Positions 11,691 through 23,808 of a stretch of DNA of 64,000 nucleotides are shown here, piece after piece. A program made the position numbers and the translations under genes. The notes beneath the pieces are model-generated. The model was not told the DNA's origin. It searched no databases and saw only the letters and a list, made by a program, of their open reading frames with translations. Position 1 is the first letter of the stretch. Each line of letters starts with the position of its first letter. Location of the stretch: the NCBI GenBank assembly GCA_002189035.1, contig NEEC01000015.1, positions 62,001 to 126,000 of the forward strand, given 5' to 3'. This stretch comes from Utricularia gibba (lineage: Eukaryota > Plantae > Magnoliophyta).

Positions 11691-12597
11691 GCGTGTTGGC
11701 TGATGTTGTTTTTGGGTTGGCGGAGAAGTCGCCGCGAAGAGGACCCGGCAAACATGGAACTAGTGTAAGAGTAGTAGGCGCGCGACCTGAGAGACCTGAT
11801 CTCCTCTGGGAGCAAAAGGGGGTGGGGGAGGCTCCTTCTCTTTCCTCTCTCTTAAAACATAAAATAGAAAAGTTTAAGGGATAAGGAACTTACGGGGGCC
11901 GGGTGCGTTACCGGTTAGCCTGGTCAAAATCATTTACAAACTAATTTCAAATCGTATTTAATATTTTTTTTAATTTCAAATCACGTAATGTAAATTATGA
12001 TGTTTTTGAAAAATTAATTATTTTAAGCATATAGTACAACATACGTTTAAAAAATTTAAAATTGTGTTTTAAGCAATTGTTGAATAAAACATATATTGAT
12101 ATGTTCATTAAAAGTATAATTTAATGTTGATTTGTGATAATGAACAAATGCGAGTACAGGCATATATTTGACCAATATCTTTAAAAACTAGGAATTTTGT
12201 CAAGTAATTTGACAATGGGACGTATTTTGGTAAATTTCTGCGTTCTCCCGCATATTTACGGGGTTCCGCTGCCGCTGCCACAGGCAATCTCGAAAATAAT
12301 ATTTAGGTGATAAACTCCAGCAGGCCAGGGCCAGTACTTTATCTTACCATGGGGCTTGGGCCGACCCACTAATAACAGAATGCGTCCCTTTTCCGCACTT
12401 GGGCTTTACGCCGCTGCTGGTGACAGCTTGCGCACCAAGTCCAACATCTCTCTGCAGCCTCCGCCCATAGCTCGCTCATTGTTTCGCTTCGCCGAGTTCG
12501 GAGAATCAAGAATTTGTTTATGTTTAACCTTTCGCTGCCGTCGAATTCCTCCCCTCTCTTAATTATTAATCCGGTTGCATAGATTTTTGAATCCTTG

Positions 12598-14971
12598 ATG
12601 GCGCTTCCTCTGGCCAAGTTTACCTTCGTCCTCGGTGCCGGTTAGTACTTTATTGGAGGAATATTTGATGAAGTCTTGGTGCACCTTGTTCTTATCAACG
12701 GTTTTAGGGTGCATCGCAAATCCTAGCCTTCCCTCTCGGCTACCCTTTCCCCCCTCCTTCAGTCGCATTTTTTGTTGCTTTTTCTTATTCTCAATGTAGT
12801 GATGATAGGCATAACAAAATATGTAGGCTATTTGGGGACAGTTCTTGCTAAAGAAGGGCGCTTGTCTGATATTCTTTCTGGTGCGATTAAGGTAGTTTTA
12901 TACGTTTTCAATTACTTTAGTTCTCAATGGCCCGGACTCGAGTTTTGTTAACAATTTCTCAGCTTGAGTTACTTATTATTTTTCCTTGTACAAACAGATT
13001 GTCTTTAATCCACTTGACCGAGGTGATTCATCCGTTTCGAGCTCCAAGCCCAAAAATGAAGTTTTGATGCAACAGGTTGCAATATGTTTTCTTTTGGGGC
13101 GGGGAGGGGAGTGGTGCACTTTAATATTTCCTGATCATGAACATTTATGTATGCTTCTGTAGATTAATAGCTTGCGCAATGAGTTGCAAATCATCGCATC
13201 GTCGAACAGATGCTTAACCATTGTTACAGAAAATCGATCAGGTTTCTCCTAATCTCGGATAAACCAGGATGTGTATTTTGGCAAAGTCACACACTATCCA
13301 GAAACTTCCATTGATTTTTCTGTTGAACGCATAGCATCTTTAGGACGAATTCTCTGAATCTGTAATCCAGATTTTTTTTCTCGCTCCCCTTGAGTATGTG
13401 CTTAATAGTTCTAGGTTTCGGTTTTTATTTTTCTCATTTGCATTTATATATTGATTGTGATAGTTTATCCGAGCTATTGTTGACCTGCCATACGTTTTTT
13501 TAGGGTCTCGCAAGTTTGGTGTTGTAGTTCTCTTGGTGGTTGTTGGATCGGGCTACATTTGGTGGAAGGTAATTCGTCTTTCCTTCACTTGCTACAGTAA
13601 ATATCAACTTCCACGTACTTACATTATCTGCCTCTAGGGTATTAAATTACCAGATATGATGTTCGCGACAAGGCGTGGTTTAAATGATGCATGCGCTTCT
13701 GTAGCTAAGCAGCTTGAGAATGTCTATTCCTCACTTGCGGCAAGTTTATTTTTTTTTTTCAGATACAAATCATTTCATTTCATAAGTTCCTTGTTCATCT
13801 TGAGATAAGTGGACAGTTTTTGGTTTACACTTCTAATATGTGAACTGATAACCTATCACCTCATGTTATGCTTTTCTAGGCGACAAGGAAGCATCTATCT
13901 ACAAGAATTAATTTGGTTGATTCCAAAGTTGATGAATGCTTGGATAATACTTCTTCTATTAAAGAAGATGTGAGGCATCCTAGCTGATTCTTTGAGTATG
14001 GACACTTATTTTCATTGAGATCATTGCTTATTAAATCTTACAGGTTCCTCTTCTTCGAGGTGACCTCAACCAAATTGGGACCGACGTGCAATTCATTCAA
14101 AACAAAGTTCGATGTCTGGTGAATGATTTCTTTCCCTAATCTACCTTCCCTTTTTATGTGTTTACTGAATTGTAGACCGTGTTGCATTACACTTTTTTTT
14201 TTTTGTTGTTGCAGGAAACTACTATTAACAACATAGAAGGTCGGCAGGTAACACTTTTAAAATTGCATGTGTCTGCGGTTTTCTAGCATTTAATTAACCT
14301 CCATTCTGAAATTTGTTCAGGATGAGACACTTAACGGTTTGAAGAATTTGGTTTCCTTTACAAGGAATCTTGAATTTGATCGTAGGGCACAGATTGAGGC
14401 AAGGACATGCTCGATATTCATTTAATTTCATGTCGCTGTTGACATATTTGATATATTTATGAGAATGGATCATGTAGGGTGCTAGCCCAACCTCTTCCAG
14501 GCGTGCTATTGAATCTTTGGAAGCAACTCCTTCAAGGGTACGTTTAATGGATATACACACATATCTTGAGGTGATCATCCTCTAACCAATGGTTGAATGG
14601 GTGTGGGTGCTTTGCAGGCTCTGTCTTTGCCTGCTAGCTTATCTGCGGAGCCAGCATCCCCATCTCATTTGAATGGGCGCCAAAGGAGTCAGAGTGCCAC
14701 CCTGGGGTCGGGCTTGAAGGTGGTAGAGCATCCTGTTTAGTCTGTTTTTGTTGGTTCCCCCGAATTGCGTGGGAGATTGTTATCCTGTATCCATGCCTCT
14801 GAGTTACGTCCATGAGTTGTTGCTCTGTAGGGACTCACCGGAATATCTGAAGTCACAGAGAGTAGCTACCAAAGTCTGCCAATCGCTGAGTCGCCTGAAA
14901 AAGCTGCTCCAGCAGTGTTGGGAAGAAACTTGTCTGGTTTGTGGTCAGCGTTACCTCGCATTTACAAATAA
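12598..14971 (+). CDS. DUF1664 family protein (At1g24267-like)
   Basis: 13 exons translating MALPLAKFTFVLGAG-YLGTVLAKEGRLSD..INSLRNELQ..GYIWWKGIKLPDMMFATRRGLNDAC..ATRKHLSTRI..RALSLP-like region..LPRIYK*. The model needs two GC-AG introns. Confidence 0.88.
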
Positions 14972-15467
14972 ACGTAGAACTATGGGGTTGCAGAGCAATA
15001 TTTTTGCGGCCGACATTTTTACTTTTGCCGTCGCCCACCTCTTGTTTCTTGTGGTGGGTGCTTGCTTAAAGCCATACGCCAAATCGAGCAATGAAATTCC
15101 AAAGAAGAGAAAGATGGTAAAACTAGTGCGCACTTGTCGCAGAGTAGCACGCAACAACTAATCTTTTTATCAAAAAGGTAGAAGTAGAGTTGGGTGGCAT
15201 TATCACTGAAGAGAAAGAAATCCAGCTGCACTCTCGAACACCTGGAAGCCCGCCTGCCTGCCTGTGTTCACATTTCACATTGGGACGGCGAAGGCAGCGT
15301 GCCGTGGTGGCTCCGTCGAGAATCTGAATTCCATTTCCATTTCTATTTCCCAAAGAGGTAGTGAGGGATATGGAGGGCCGAGATGGGTGCTTGTCGAATA
15401 TCCACGAAAGGAGGCCGTAATGGGGTGGGTCCGGTCCTTGTTGAAGTCATATGATAGATGTGGGCAC

Positions 15468-15500
15468 GGCACCGGCACCGGCACCGGCACCGGCACCGGC
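15468..15500. repeat. (GGCACC)5.5 hexamer tandem repeat upstream of the MADS-box gene
   Basis: Five perfect GGCACC units plus GGC, read directly. Confidence 0.9.
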
Positions 15501-15758
15501 TGGTGGGTGATGTGTGCGGAAGGCCCACATCAATCCGGGAAGGTGCAACGGTTGATTCCCAACGACTAGCCTCTGGGTACTCATCGCAATCCACAGACTC
15601 ACGAGAAGACCGGATCACTGCTCCGGTATTAAAAAAAGCACAAGTTGGATTGGAATTTAAAATTCATAATTACATACGTGGGAATGGTACGGTGACGCAT
15701 GAACAACACAGAAGGTGTATAAATAAGGTTGGAGGCGCCCCAAATCAGACGACACAAG

Positions 15759-18715
15759 ATGGGGAGAGGGAGAGTTGAGCTGAAGAGAATCGAAAACAAG
15801 ATCAACAGGCAGGTCACTTTCGCCAAACGGAGGGCTGGGCTTTGGAAGAAAGCTCGCGAGCTTTCCGTTCTTTGCGACGCCGAGATTGTAATGATCGTCT
15901 TCTCCAGTAGGGGGAAGCTCTACGACTTCTGCAGTAGCTCTAGGTATCAAAACCACACCACACATCACACCGCCTCTCTTCCTTGCTTTCTTTACTCGCT
16001 TACTTTCACTCATGGTTCCATAGATTTGTGGCTTGTTTGGCCCCAAAAAAGACACAAAAGCAGTTTTATCTCTTCTTGCCGTTTCTGTGATGGTTATGGG
16101 GCTCTGTGCTTGTGGGTTTGCCAAGATCCGCCACTCCAAAAAACCGCCACCGTATACCTTCAACGCTACCTTTCTCTTCCTTCTTTCTTTTGTCTCTTCA
16201 TCGTAAATCTCTGTTTTTGGAGATACAACATCCCATAACTACCAACAAAACACCTAACGGGCCAACGGCTGATCTTCTTTCTTCCCTTGTTCGTTGAGGA
16301 GAAGTAATGGCACAGTGCAATAGAATGAAAAACAGGCTTCCTAGGGTTTTCCCCACGTTTTCTTCATGGCAGAATCCCAAGTTTCAAGGGACATGCCCCA
16401 CCCCTTTTTTCAGACCTTGGTTTCCATATCTTTTTCAGCTTCGTCATCGGCTTCAAGTTACCCTAGGGAGTCCAGACTCTTCTCTCTCAGTTTTCTTCTT
16501 CTTTTCTTTTATTTTTCTTGGATTGCGCTGCAATTAGGGCTTCGTGTGGGAGGATGAACATCATCAGCATCTACTAAATTTTTGCGAGAAATTCTCTCTA
16601 TAATAAATGCCTTTTCGTGGGATTTAGCCCTAGGTTTTGGTTTGGGGATTGTGAATTGTTGCAGATAATCCTTTTTTTTTTTCGTTTGCGTCAGTCTTGT
16701 GTGTCAAGAATATTTTTTAATGATGGGTTTTCAGGCCAGTCTCTTAATCCAAGATCTTTTAAAGCTTCAAATAATTATTTGTGTAGTCACTGACAATCTG
16801 CAACAAACTTACCGTTGGGCAACGTTTAGGATGCGCAAATGCATGAATTACACTACGATTCCTCGATTTATCTCACGGAAATTTAGGAAGCTCGTCCATT
16901 ACAGACTCATGTTTATCTGTTCACGCAGCCTTTTTTTCCCGTCCGAACTGGTGACTGGGCAAGCTAGATTCCTTCTAACTCGTAGTAATCAATGTTTCTG
17001 GATTATACTTTTGTTTATTGCTTTTGCCTGAATCTCTCAGCACCATGCTCGAGACACTGGAAAAGTATCAGAATTCAAATTATGGACCACCAGAGACAAA
17101 TGTTTCCACCAGGGAGGCACTGGTAACCGTCACACATTCTTCTATGATTATTGCTTTTATTTTTTCATTTATCTGTTTACTGGCCCTAAAACTCTTGAAT
17201 TCCTTGCTTGGTTGATATTTATTATTGTCTAACAAGAAAGTAGTCTATAACCACAAGGGTGCTAATGTAGGTTTTTGTAATATTGCTTAAAACTTTCTTG
17301 GGGGCTAATATTTAGAACAAACAACACCAAAGTATTAAATAAAAATATTACCTTTCAGTTCAAAAATACTTTGTTTGATGCATGTCGAATGTATACAGTC
17401 CTACAGCTCTTCGTGGCTGAAATCATGCTTGCTCTTCCCTTTTCCGTTGATGCAAGATGAAAATGAAGATCACAATATATGTATAAGGAAGAGGTTTTTG
17501 TAATTTTTGTATGAGCTGTTCTCATTTGCTTTTATGTCAAATTTAGTGAAATAACTGTGAATAAAACGTTTGTTGACCCCCACAAAATATAGAATGTTTA
17601 TGTGGCAGAAGTTCCATTCGCTTTATTACTACATAGCCAATTATGTCTGAGCTTTTGAGGATTTCACCTGTGGATGTGATGACTAAGCATGTTTTCATTG
17701 TAAAATATTGATTCAGGAACTGAGTAGCCAGCAGGAGTATTTGAAGCTTAAAGCACGCTATGAAGCTCTGCAGAGAACTCAAAGGTTTTGTGCTTCTGTT
17801 GGGTTGTTTGTGATTCTACATTACAGTTACACCAAGATTTTTGCATTCATTTATTAAAGATAATATCGTGTTCTTGTTAAGGTACCAGGAATCATACACG
17901 GGTGATACGTGTAGCTGATTTTATTGCATTCTCAGGAACCTTCTTGGTGAGGATCTTGGCCCCTTGAACAGCAAGGAGCTCGAGTCACTAGAGAGACAAC
18001 TTGATGCATCACTGAAGCATATCAGATCAACTCGGGTTGGTACTGTTTATCTTGTGTTTGTCCCCGTGCTAATCGATTTTTTCCGAGGTTTTGGTTTGGA
18101 GTTACGCATAAATTTAACTTCTCGCAACAAAGTTCGAAGCTCATAAGAAGGTTTTTGTCAACACATTTGAGATTGCCTGCCATTTTTTTTCAGACTCAGG
18201 CAATGCTTGATACACTCGCAGACCTTCAGAGAAAGGTATCGTGAATCAGGGTTTCAAGTTCGTGCTATTTCAGCTAAGTATAACTTGTGTTTATATTGTG
18301 TTTATGATAAGGAGCACGCTCTCAATGAAGCTAACAAGAACTTGAAGCAGAGGGTAAAACATATTGGATATTTGGTGTATACCTGAATCGTCAGTGTTTT
18401 TCCCTCATGACTTGAAATAAAAAGAATTTTTCAATGGCTTTGCAGCTGATGGAAGGATGCCAGATAAGCCTTCAGTGGGATTCGAGTGCTTGCGATGTCG
18501 CTTACGGAGGGCAACCCCACCACCAGGCTCAGCCGGACGTATTCCTTCATCCTCTCGACTGTGAGCCGACACTGCAAATCGGGTAACATAACAAGCAGGC
18601 ATCCCTTCTCTTCCACACTGATTTCAAGCTTTTCTTAGTCTGTTTTGTGCTCAGTTACCAGAATGATCACCTAGCAGTTGCAGCTGGTCCTACCATGACA
18701 AGCTGGATGCTGTGA
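15759..18715 (+). CDS. SEP3: MIKC MADS-box transcription factor, SEPALLATA3 clade
   Basis: Eight exons: 15759-15943, 17041-17122, 17717-17784, 17936-18035, 18194-18235, 18312-18353, 18446-18582, 18655-18715. K-box [46 protein letters not shown] and SEP-I motif [15 protein letters not shown]. Confidence 0.93.
16342..16349 (-). promoter_or_regulatory. Telobox (AAACCCTA) in SEP3 intron 1
   Basis: TAGGGTTT on the plus strand, with related CTAGGG/TTAGGG motifs nearby at about 16460-16540. Confidence 0.4.
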
Positions 18716-18974
18716 CTTCTTCTCCAGATGCAACCGGACCAATTCATCTCTTGATTTTCAATGGAATCATCTCCTTGTGTGGTCCAATTATATTATACCT
18801 CCTTCCAACTCCGTTGGAACTCCTCGTGCGATGTAGTTATATATTGGTATGAAAATTGCCACGGAATAAATGTAAGCCAAGTGATCCCTCGGAAAAATCT
18901 TGACACATGTTTTGCAAAAAGGGTGTGATGACAATGAAGGCAGGACGTGAGGGGACTTCGCACAGAGAAGATAG

Positions 18975-20981
18975 TCAAGGCATTGCAGCCAAAGAAGGTT
19001 CAAAGGCAGTGGAATAAAGGAGGAGCTGCCTCCGCTTAGCCTCCGGCCGGACAAAGCTAGGGGCTTTTACCCATTCACGAGTCTTTGCATCATAGGTGAC
19101 CAACCAGTTCATCTGCCGTGATCGCAGCGAAAGCATGAGCAAGCCTTTGTTCCCAAGGCAACCCATTCTAACATGCTTCCCATAAAACTCCCAGCACCAC
19201 AACCTTGGCATTCTGTCAACCTCCTTCCACAGCAAAGTCATCTTCTGCAGCTCCCATATGTAGATGCAACTTGCCGCGTTTCTTGTCAGCAACCCTACGA
19301 GGATGATCCTACTGCCGCAGACAGCAAGGATCTGATCACTCAAATGTTGAGGTGCAGGTATGGCAAACTGTTTCCAAATCCCATTTTCCACATCGTAGGA
19401 CAAAATTCCATCAGGATTATGACGCATAAAATAAACAGTTTTTTTGATACAAACTGCTTGCGACCTGCGATTTAGTGTAAGCGGAAGGCATGCAGATGGC
19501 AACTTTCCACGGCCAACCCAAGAGTTGTTAATGGAGTCATAGATCCCGTAATCCCCACTACGGAAAACCAATACGATCTTGTAACCCAACTGGGCAGATT
19601 GAGCGTTAAGAGTCATCCCAACAGATACCCGTGGCATGACTCCAACAGACAGAGGAGGCAGCTCCTTGTGTGACCGAGTTAAAGGGTTGCAAACGTAGAA
19701 AGCTCTCTCTCCAGTTTCAAGGAAGCAGATGAGCCCGCCTGCTGAAGCCACAGGCATAACTCTTTTTTTCGGCAGGAGCCCTGGTGTTGGATGGTACCAC
19801 CTCTTCGAGGAAGGATCATAAATCGACCCCATGTTTCCCTTTGTATGACTGATGGTGTAGAACCAAGTTTGAGATTGCTTCTTATGAGCACATTCTTGTG
19901 AAAAACTTGGAGAATTCAGCAACATGTTCCATTTCTGGCAGACTAATCGGAACCGGAAAAATGCATCTACAGGAAGCCTTGCTATTACGGCTTCAAAGAG
20001 GTCTTCAGGAAATTCTTTCCAGATATTCTCATCCATGATTTCAGACGAGCTTCCAGACAACAAATTATATGCACGGCTACACTCTTTTCGAGTTCTCTTA
20101 GTAGGAGGCTTACAGGGTTCCACAATTCTCATATTTTCAGAGCTTCCTACAGTCATTAAAAGATTACGGCAGCTGTATTTGAATATGCTAACTCCTTTAT
20201 CGTAGATGCCCCAACTGCAAAAAAGTGGAAATAGATTTCAAACGTTTGGGAAGAATAAGAAGCCATGCGTTGAAAATAACCATCGCGAGAGGGAGGAATC
20301 ACACTAAGATCGAAGCCATACATGGAAAAATAACAGATCCTCCACAAAATGATGACCAGAGAAGTAGAATTTTCACACAGACAACACAAATCCTACAACT
20401 GAAAGCGGCTGTGATGGAAACGCAATGACCATTGCCAAAAAAAAGTTACCGATTCAGTGATTATTTTCTAGACAGAAACAACGAGACACTATCATATCCA
20501 GAAGATCAAAAGTACATATCGTCTGGCTTGACCATGAAAGTAGAGACGGAAAACGGTTGATGGGGCACTAACACAATGATTAAGCCTCACTGGGACCATG
20601 CCGATGAGGTCGCTCAACAACATCGGAAAAAAGAACCATCCTTCCGTCAACGGTTCATTATAGTTCACTTTTTGCAGAAAGGGGCGACACTCGATGTTAC
20701 CAAATCGAAAGCAACTCAGAACCTAGTGTAAACGATACAAAGCAACACTTCAATTCAACACAAGAAGAAAAAAAAATCATTTTTCCCCATGGAAGGGGTC
20801 CAAAAAACGTGGAGGGAATCATTTTTCCCCCATTGATGAAGCAAATTACCCACCTGACGGAGCGTTCCCCCGAAGTGGGTTGCCTTGGAGCTTCAAGGCC
20901 ATTGAGGAAATCGAAAGAAGGCGCAGCTGAAGAACCATAAACCTCCAAAACCTCGTCCAATTCGCGGAAACGCTGCCCCAT
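18975..20981 (-). CDS. LCR: F-box protein LEAF CURLING RESPONSIVENESS (FBX6-like)
   Basis: Exon 1 at 20981-20854 (MGQRFRELDEVLEVYGS..) and exon 2 at 20214-18975 in frame. F-box IWKEFPEDLFEAVIARLP and C-terminal IWELQKMTLLWKEVDRMP..LSLRSRQMN, typical of LCR. Confidence 0.92.
19205..19224 (-). promoter_or_regulatory. miR394 target site in the LCR mRNA
   Basis: The mRNA reads GGAGGTTGACAGAATGCCAA, complementary to miR394 (UUGGCAUUCUGUCCACCUCC) with one mismatch. Confidence 0.9.
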
Positions 20982-21170
20982 GAACAATCCGCCTTCAGCA
21001 GTCTTCCCCTTGTCCCTGTAGACAACTCGCAACCCAGAAGGGGGGGTTTCTTAAATTTTTTTTTAAAAAAACCAAGAGACCGAAAAGCGGGGTTTGCATT
21101 TGAAGCAGTGGGATTAGTACACACGTCACACGTAGCGGCGTCCCTCAAATCAAACCCCCAATGACCGACC

Positions 21171-21662
21171 ATGCTATGCATGTCCCCTCCGGCTCTGAAC
21201 ATCTGCTATTCTGGGCTCCGGTTAGTCTTAATATTACCCGATCGAGGAATTTTTGTTGTCAAGTGTACTTCGACAGGTTTGTACCCCTAAAAAAGTTACT
21301 GAGACCATAAAAAGTATTACGCTGGTTGAAAAACAGGTTGTAAGGGATCTTTCATCACTTCTCCTCCGCATAGGGAAGCAGCTACAGAGTACAGTCGTGC
21401 TCTCTCTCTTCTGTCAATAAGCAACTCCCGGGGTTCATGCGGACTGCCTCCTATTCATTGCCAAGGAATCATCCTCCCTCTCATTACAGAGCCGCCGGTG
21501 ACCCCGACCTACGGACTGGCCGAAGAAGGCTTGCCGGATATTTTTGTTTCAGAGAATCATCATTCATCAGCACAAGCACCACGTGAAGCTCAGGATTAGG
21601 AAAGCAGCAGCCGGATGCTGAGGGCACCTTATGAGCCCAAGCTGGGGTTTCTACTAACATAG
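21171..21662 (+). pseudogene. SPL2/10/11-clade remnant lacking the SBP domain (last two exons only)
   Basis: Putative exon 21171-21276, a 60-nt GT-AG intron, then an exon from 21337: GCKGSFITSPPHREAATEYSRALSLLSISNSRGSC..AQD* (TAG 21597-21599), followed in frame by ESSSRMLRAPYEPKLGF. No SBP zinc-finger sequence is visible upstream. Confidence 0.78.
21397..21416 (+). promoter_or_regulatory. miR156/157 target site
   Basis: GTGCTCTCTCTCTTCTGTCA, identical to the canonical SPL miR156 response element and in the RALSLLS frame. Confidence 0.9.
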
Positions 21663-22039
21663 TCCCCAAAGAACTGATAAAACCAGTTCCCAGTTTGTAA
21701 TTTTCAAAATTTTTGGGTAGACTTGGCCCTGATTTCAGATTCATTTTCAATTCCTCCTGTTCTGCTTCAAGGACCACGCCATCCTTGAAGCGTGATTCTT
21801 GAAGCAACTTGGTTGGTGCTACTAGTCACTCTTGTCTACGTTTGAAACAAACACCTTTGTGAATTCTATCACGCTGAAAAATGGGCAGATTCCACTCGAA
21901 CTCAGATTCATGCCATGAGTGTGCGCACTGGCTAAGATTCATTTCTTAATTTATCACAGCTACGCAAATACCTACACGGATTACAGGAGAAAAAAGGGAA
22001 AATGAGAGGACAGCAAACAATTCTTAAGGAATCCAATGG

Positions 22040-23491
22040 TTACAAAAAGTATTTCATCCTATCGTCTCTTCTCATAGCGTTGTACACAGCCTGCACCTGA
22101 AAAATGAGCATAAATCATTCATTTAACAGCCACAGAGGAAGCACCTAAAATGCACCAACAGATCCAATGCTGAAAATTCTTATAGCTCCTTCAGTGTAGT
22201 TTAATTTGGTTTAGTTTCATCCAGTAACTAATACATCCTGGAGAACGAGAGCTCACCTGCTCACTGGAAACAACTCGAACCGGCCCAATGTTTACAGAGA
22301 CATACTTTCCCCCAGAAGAGATCTTTTGTTTCACTTTACCCTGTTGAGAAAACAAACCAGGCATCACACTCCCAGATATGCATCATCACATCAATATTGA
22401 CACTCCCAGATATGGTTTTGTGGGGATCCAGAGAGAGATATCGATCGTTCACTGATAAGGGTAAGACAAATGTTGGATTCCAAAAAGAACATCTGCATGA
22501 GGAGGAAGGCCGTGGGTGTTTGCCTTGAACTATCGAGGGGTTGTACAGCATCCAGGACTTAGTCATGTGATGTGGTACGATACAACTTAAAAGTTCTGTA
22601 GGACTTCGACTATGCTTACCTCCGGGATCTGGTATTGGAGTACTGATTCCACAGCAATGACCATGGCCTGTACAAAATCATCACCCCCTGTTCCAATAGC
22701 TGTAAATCTTCTGGCCGTCGGGTATGAGTTCACCTGTGAAACATGAAAAACATATTATCAAGCGATCATCCTAAGTTTGTGGCAAGCAGCAGTGATTAGG
22801 CTAAATGCCAATCTCTTAGACATGGGGGATCACAATCCTCGAATAGTCATCTAATAACAATGAAGATTTTCACTTTCAGGATACCTTCTGATCAAGAGTA
22901 AGCCACTCATTGTTTGCATCATCCGTAACCGTACCGCCTATAACTACATTTGTGGTTTGCCCCACTCTGCCTTCCGTCCTTGAAAGCTCTAGAAACAAGA
23001 ATCAAACATTAAGGGATGCTTTCGCCATCCCTCCGAAACATAGATATACAAAACCACCAACCAAATTGCGTAAGTGCAAGTGCTTTAAGTAAGCGGCTTT
23101 GCAGTGTCAACCGAACAATGTACAATGAAGAATAATTGACAAAAGTACATAGAATTAATGGTATTTTCATGAAAAGAGATCAATAAATACGACATGGAAA
23201 CGAAAATACTTCAAACTATATACCAGATATTGCCTTCAAAACGGCTTCCTGGGGCGGTCCATGCTCAGAGTCATCATCGAAGGGCAAGTAGGGGTTCTCA
23301 GTTTCGGAGCAATTTCTTCCAAGACGATAACTTTTGGCGTTAACCGACATTTGACACCCACAAATTGCACTAGATTTCGATACGTTCTTGCGATAGGAAA
23401 CAACGGGAGTCAGATAGCACGGTTTCTTGTTCATCAAAGGCAAAAGCATCCATGGCTCAGCTAAGAAAGTCCCCGTAGTTGTGCTGACCAT
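22040..23491 (-). CDS. DUF493/YbeD(HP0495)-like protein (At1g27385-like), probable plastid transit peptide
   Basis: Exons 23491-23224, 22988-22885, 22733-22620, 22340-22257, 22096-22040: PPQEAVLKAISELSRTEGRVGQTTNVVIGGTV..VNSYPTARRFTAIGTGGDDFVQAM..SSGGKYVSVNIGPVRVVSSEQVQAVYNAMRRDDRMKYFL*. Confidence 0.9.
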
Positions 23492-23757
23492 TTTCCCAAT
23501 CACCGAGGAAAATCGCTTTAGAGTTCTCGTTCAATTGGGATTTGCTGTGAATTTTATTGTCAGGATTATATGGTCTGCCGTTTTCCAGCCGTTCATCAAA
23601 CGGAACCGAAGAGCAGTTTGATTTGAGCACACCTGGCTTTACTATTGCCAGAACGCTATTCGAGGAAAGGACGATTCTGTCCTTGTGACCGAGACAAAGG
23701 TGTAGCGGCGTATTCGTAAGCTGCGAAACACAGCTTCTTCTCCTCCGATCATCGTGT

Positions 23758-23766
23758 AAACCCTAG
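23758..23766 (+). promoter_or_regulatory. Telobox-like AAACCCTAG in the 317-bp divergent promoter between the DUF493 and ALKBH1 genes
   Basis: Motif read directly. The start codons at 23491 (-) and 23809 (+) are head-to-head. Confidence 0.4.
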
Positions 23767-23808
23767 CATTTCGGTAATTCCCCTATAGTCGAATTTCAAC
23801 CGCTTTAG

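Noticed and set aside
11920-12200. Very AT-rich tracts (also about 40100-40500 and 59380-59600) as possible MITEs
   Set aside because: No terminal inverted repeats or target-site duplications were found. Treated as ordinary AT-rich spacers.
20490-20605. Short minus-strand ORF MLLSDLIG.. as an alternative LCR first exon
   Set aside because: The 20981-20854 exon matches LCR N-termini better and has a clean GT donor. This ORF lies within the intron.
21484-21807. 107-aa minus-strand ORF in the ORF track
   Set aside because: No recognisable family. It is largely the antisense of the SPL remnant and the DUF493 3' region.
22366-22415. 15-bp direct repeat ACACTCCCAGATATG in a DUF493 intron, possible intronic snoRNA
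   Set aside because: No properly placed C/D boxes with a terminal stem. A small local duplication is the simpler explanation.
22734-22884. GTATCCTG donor resembling a U12 intron
   Set aside because: It deviates from GTATCCTT and has no TCCTTAAC-type branch point.
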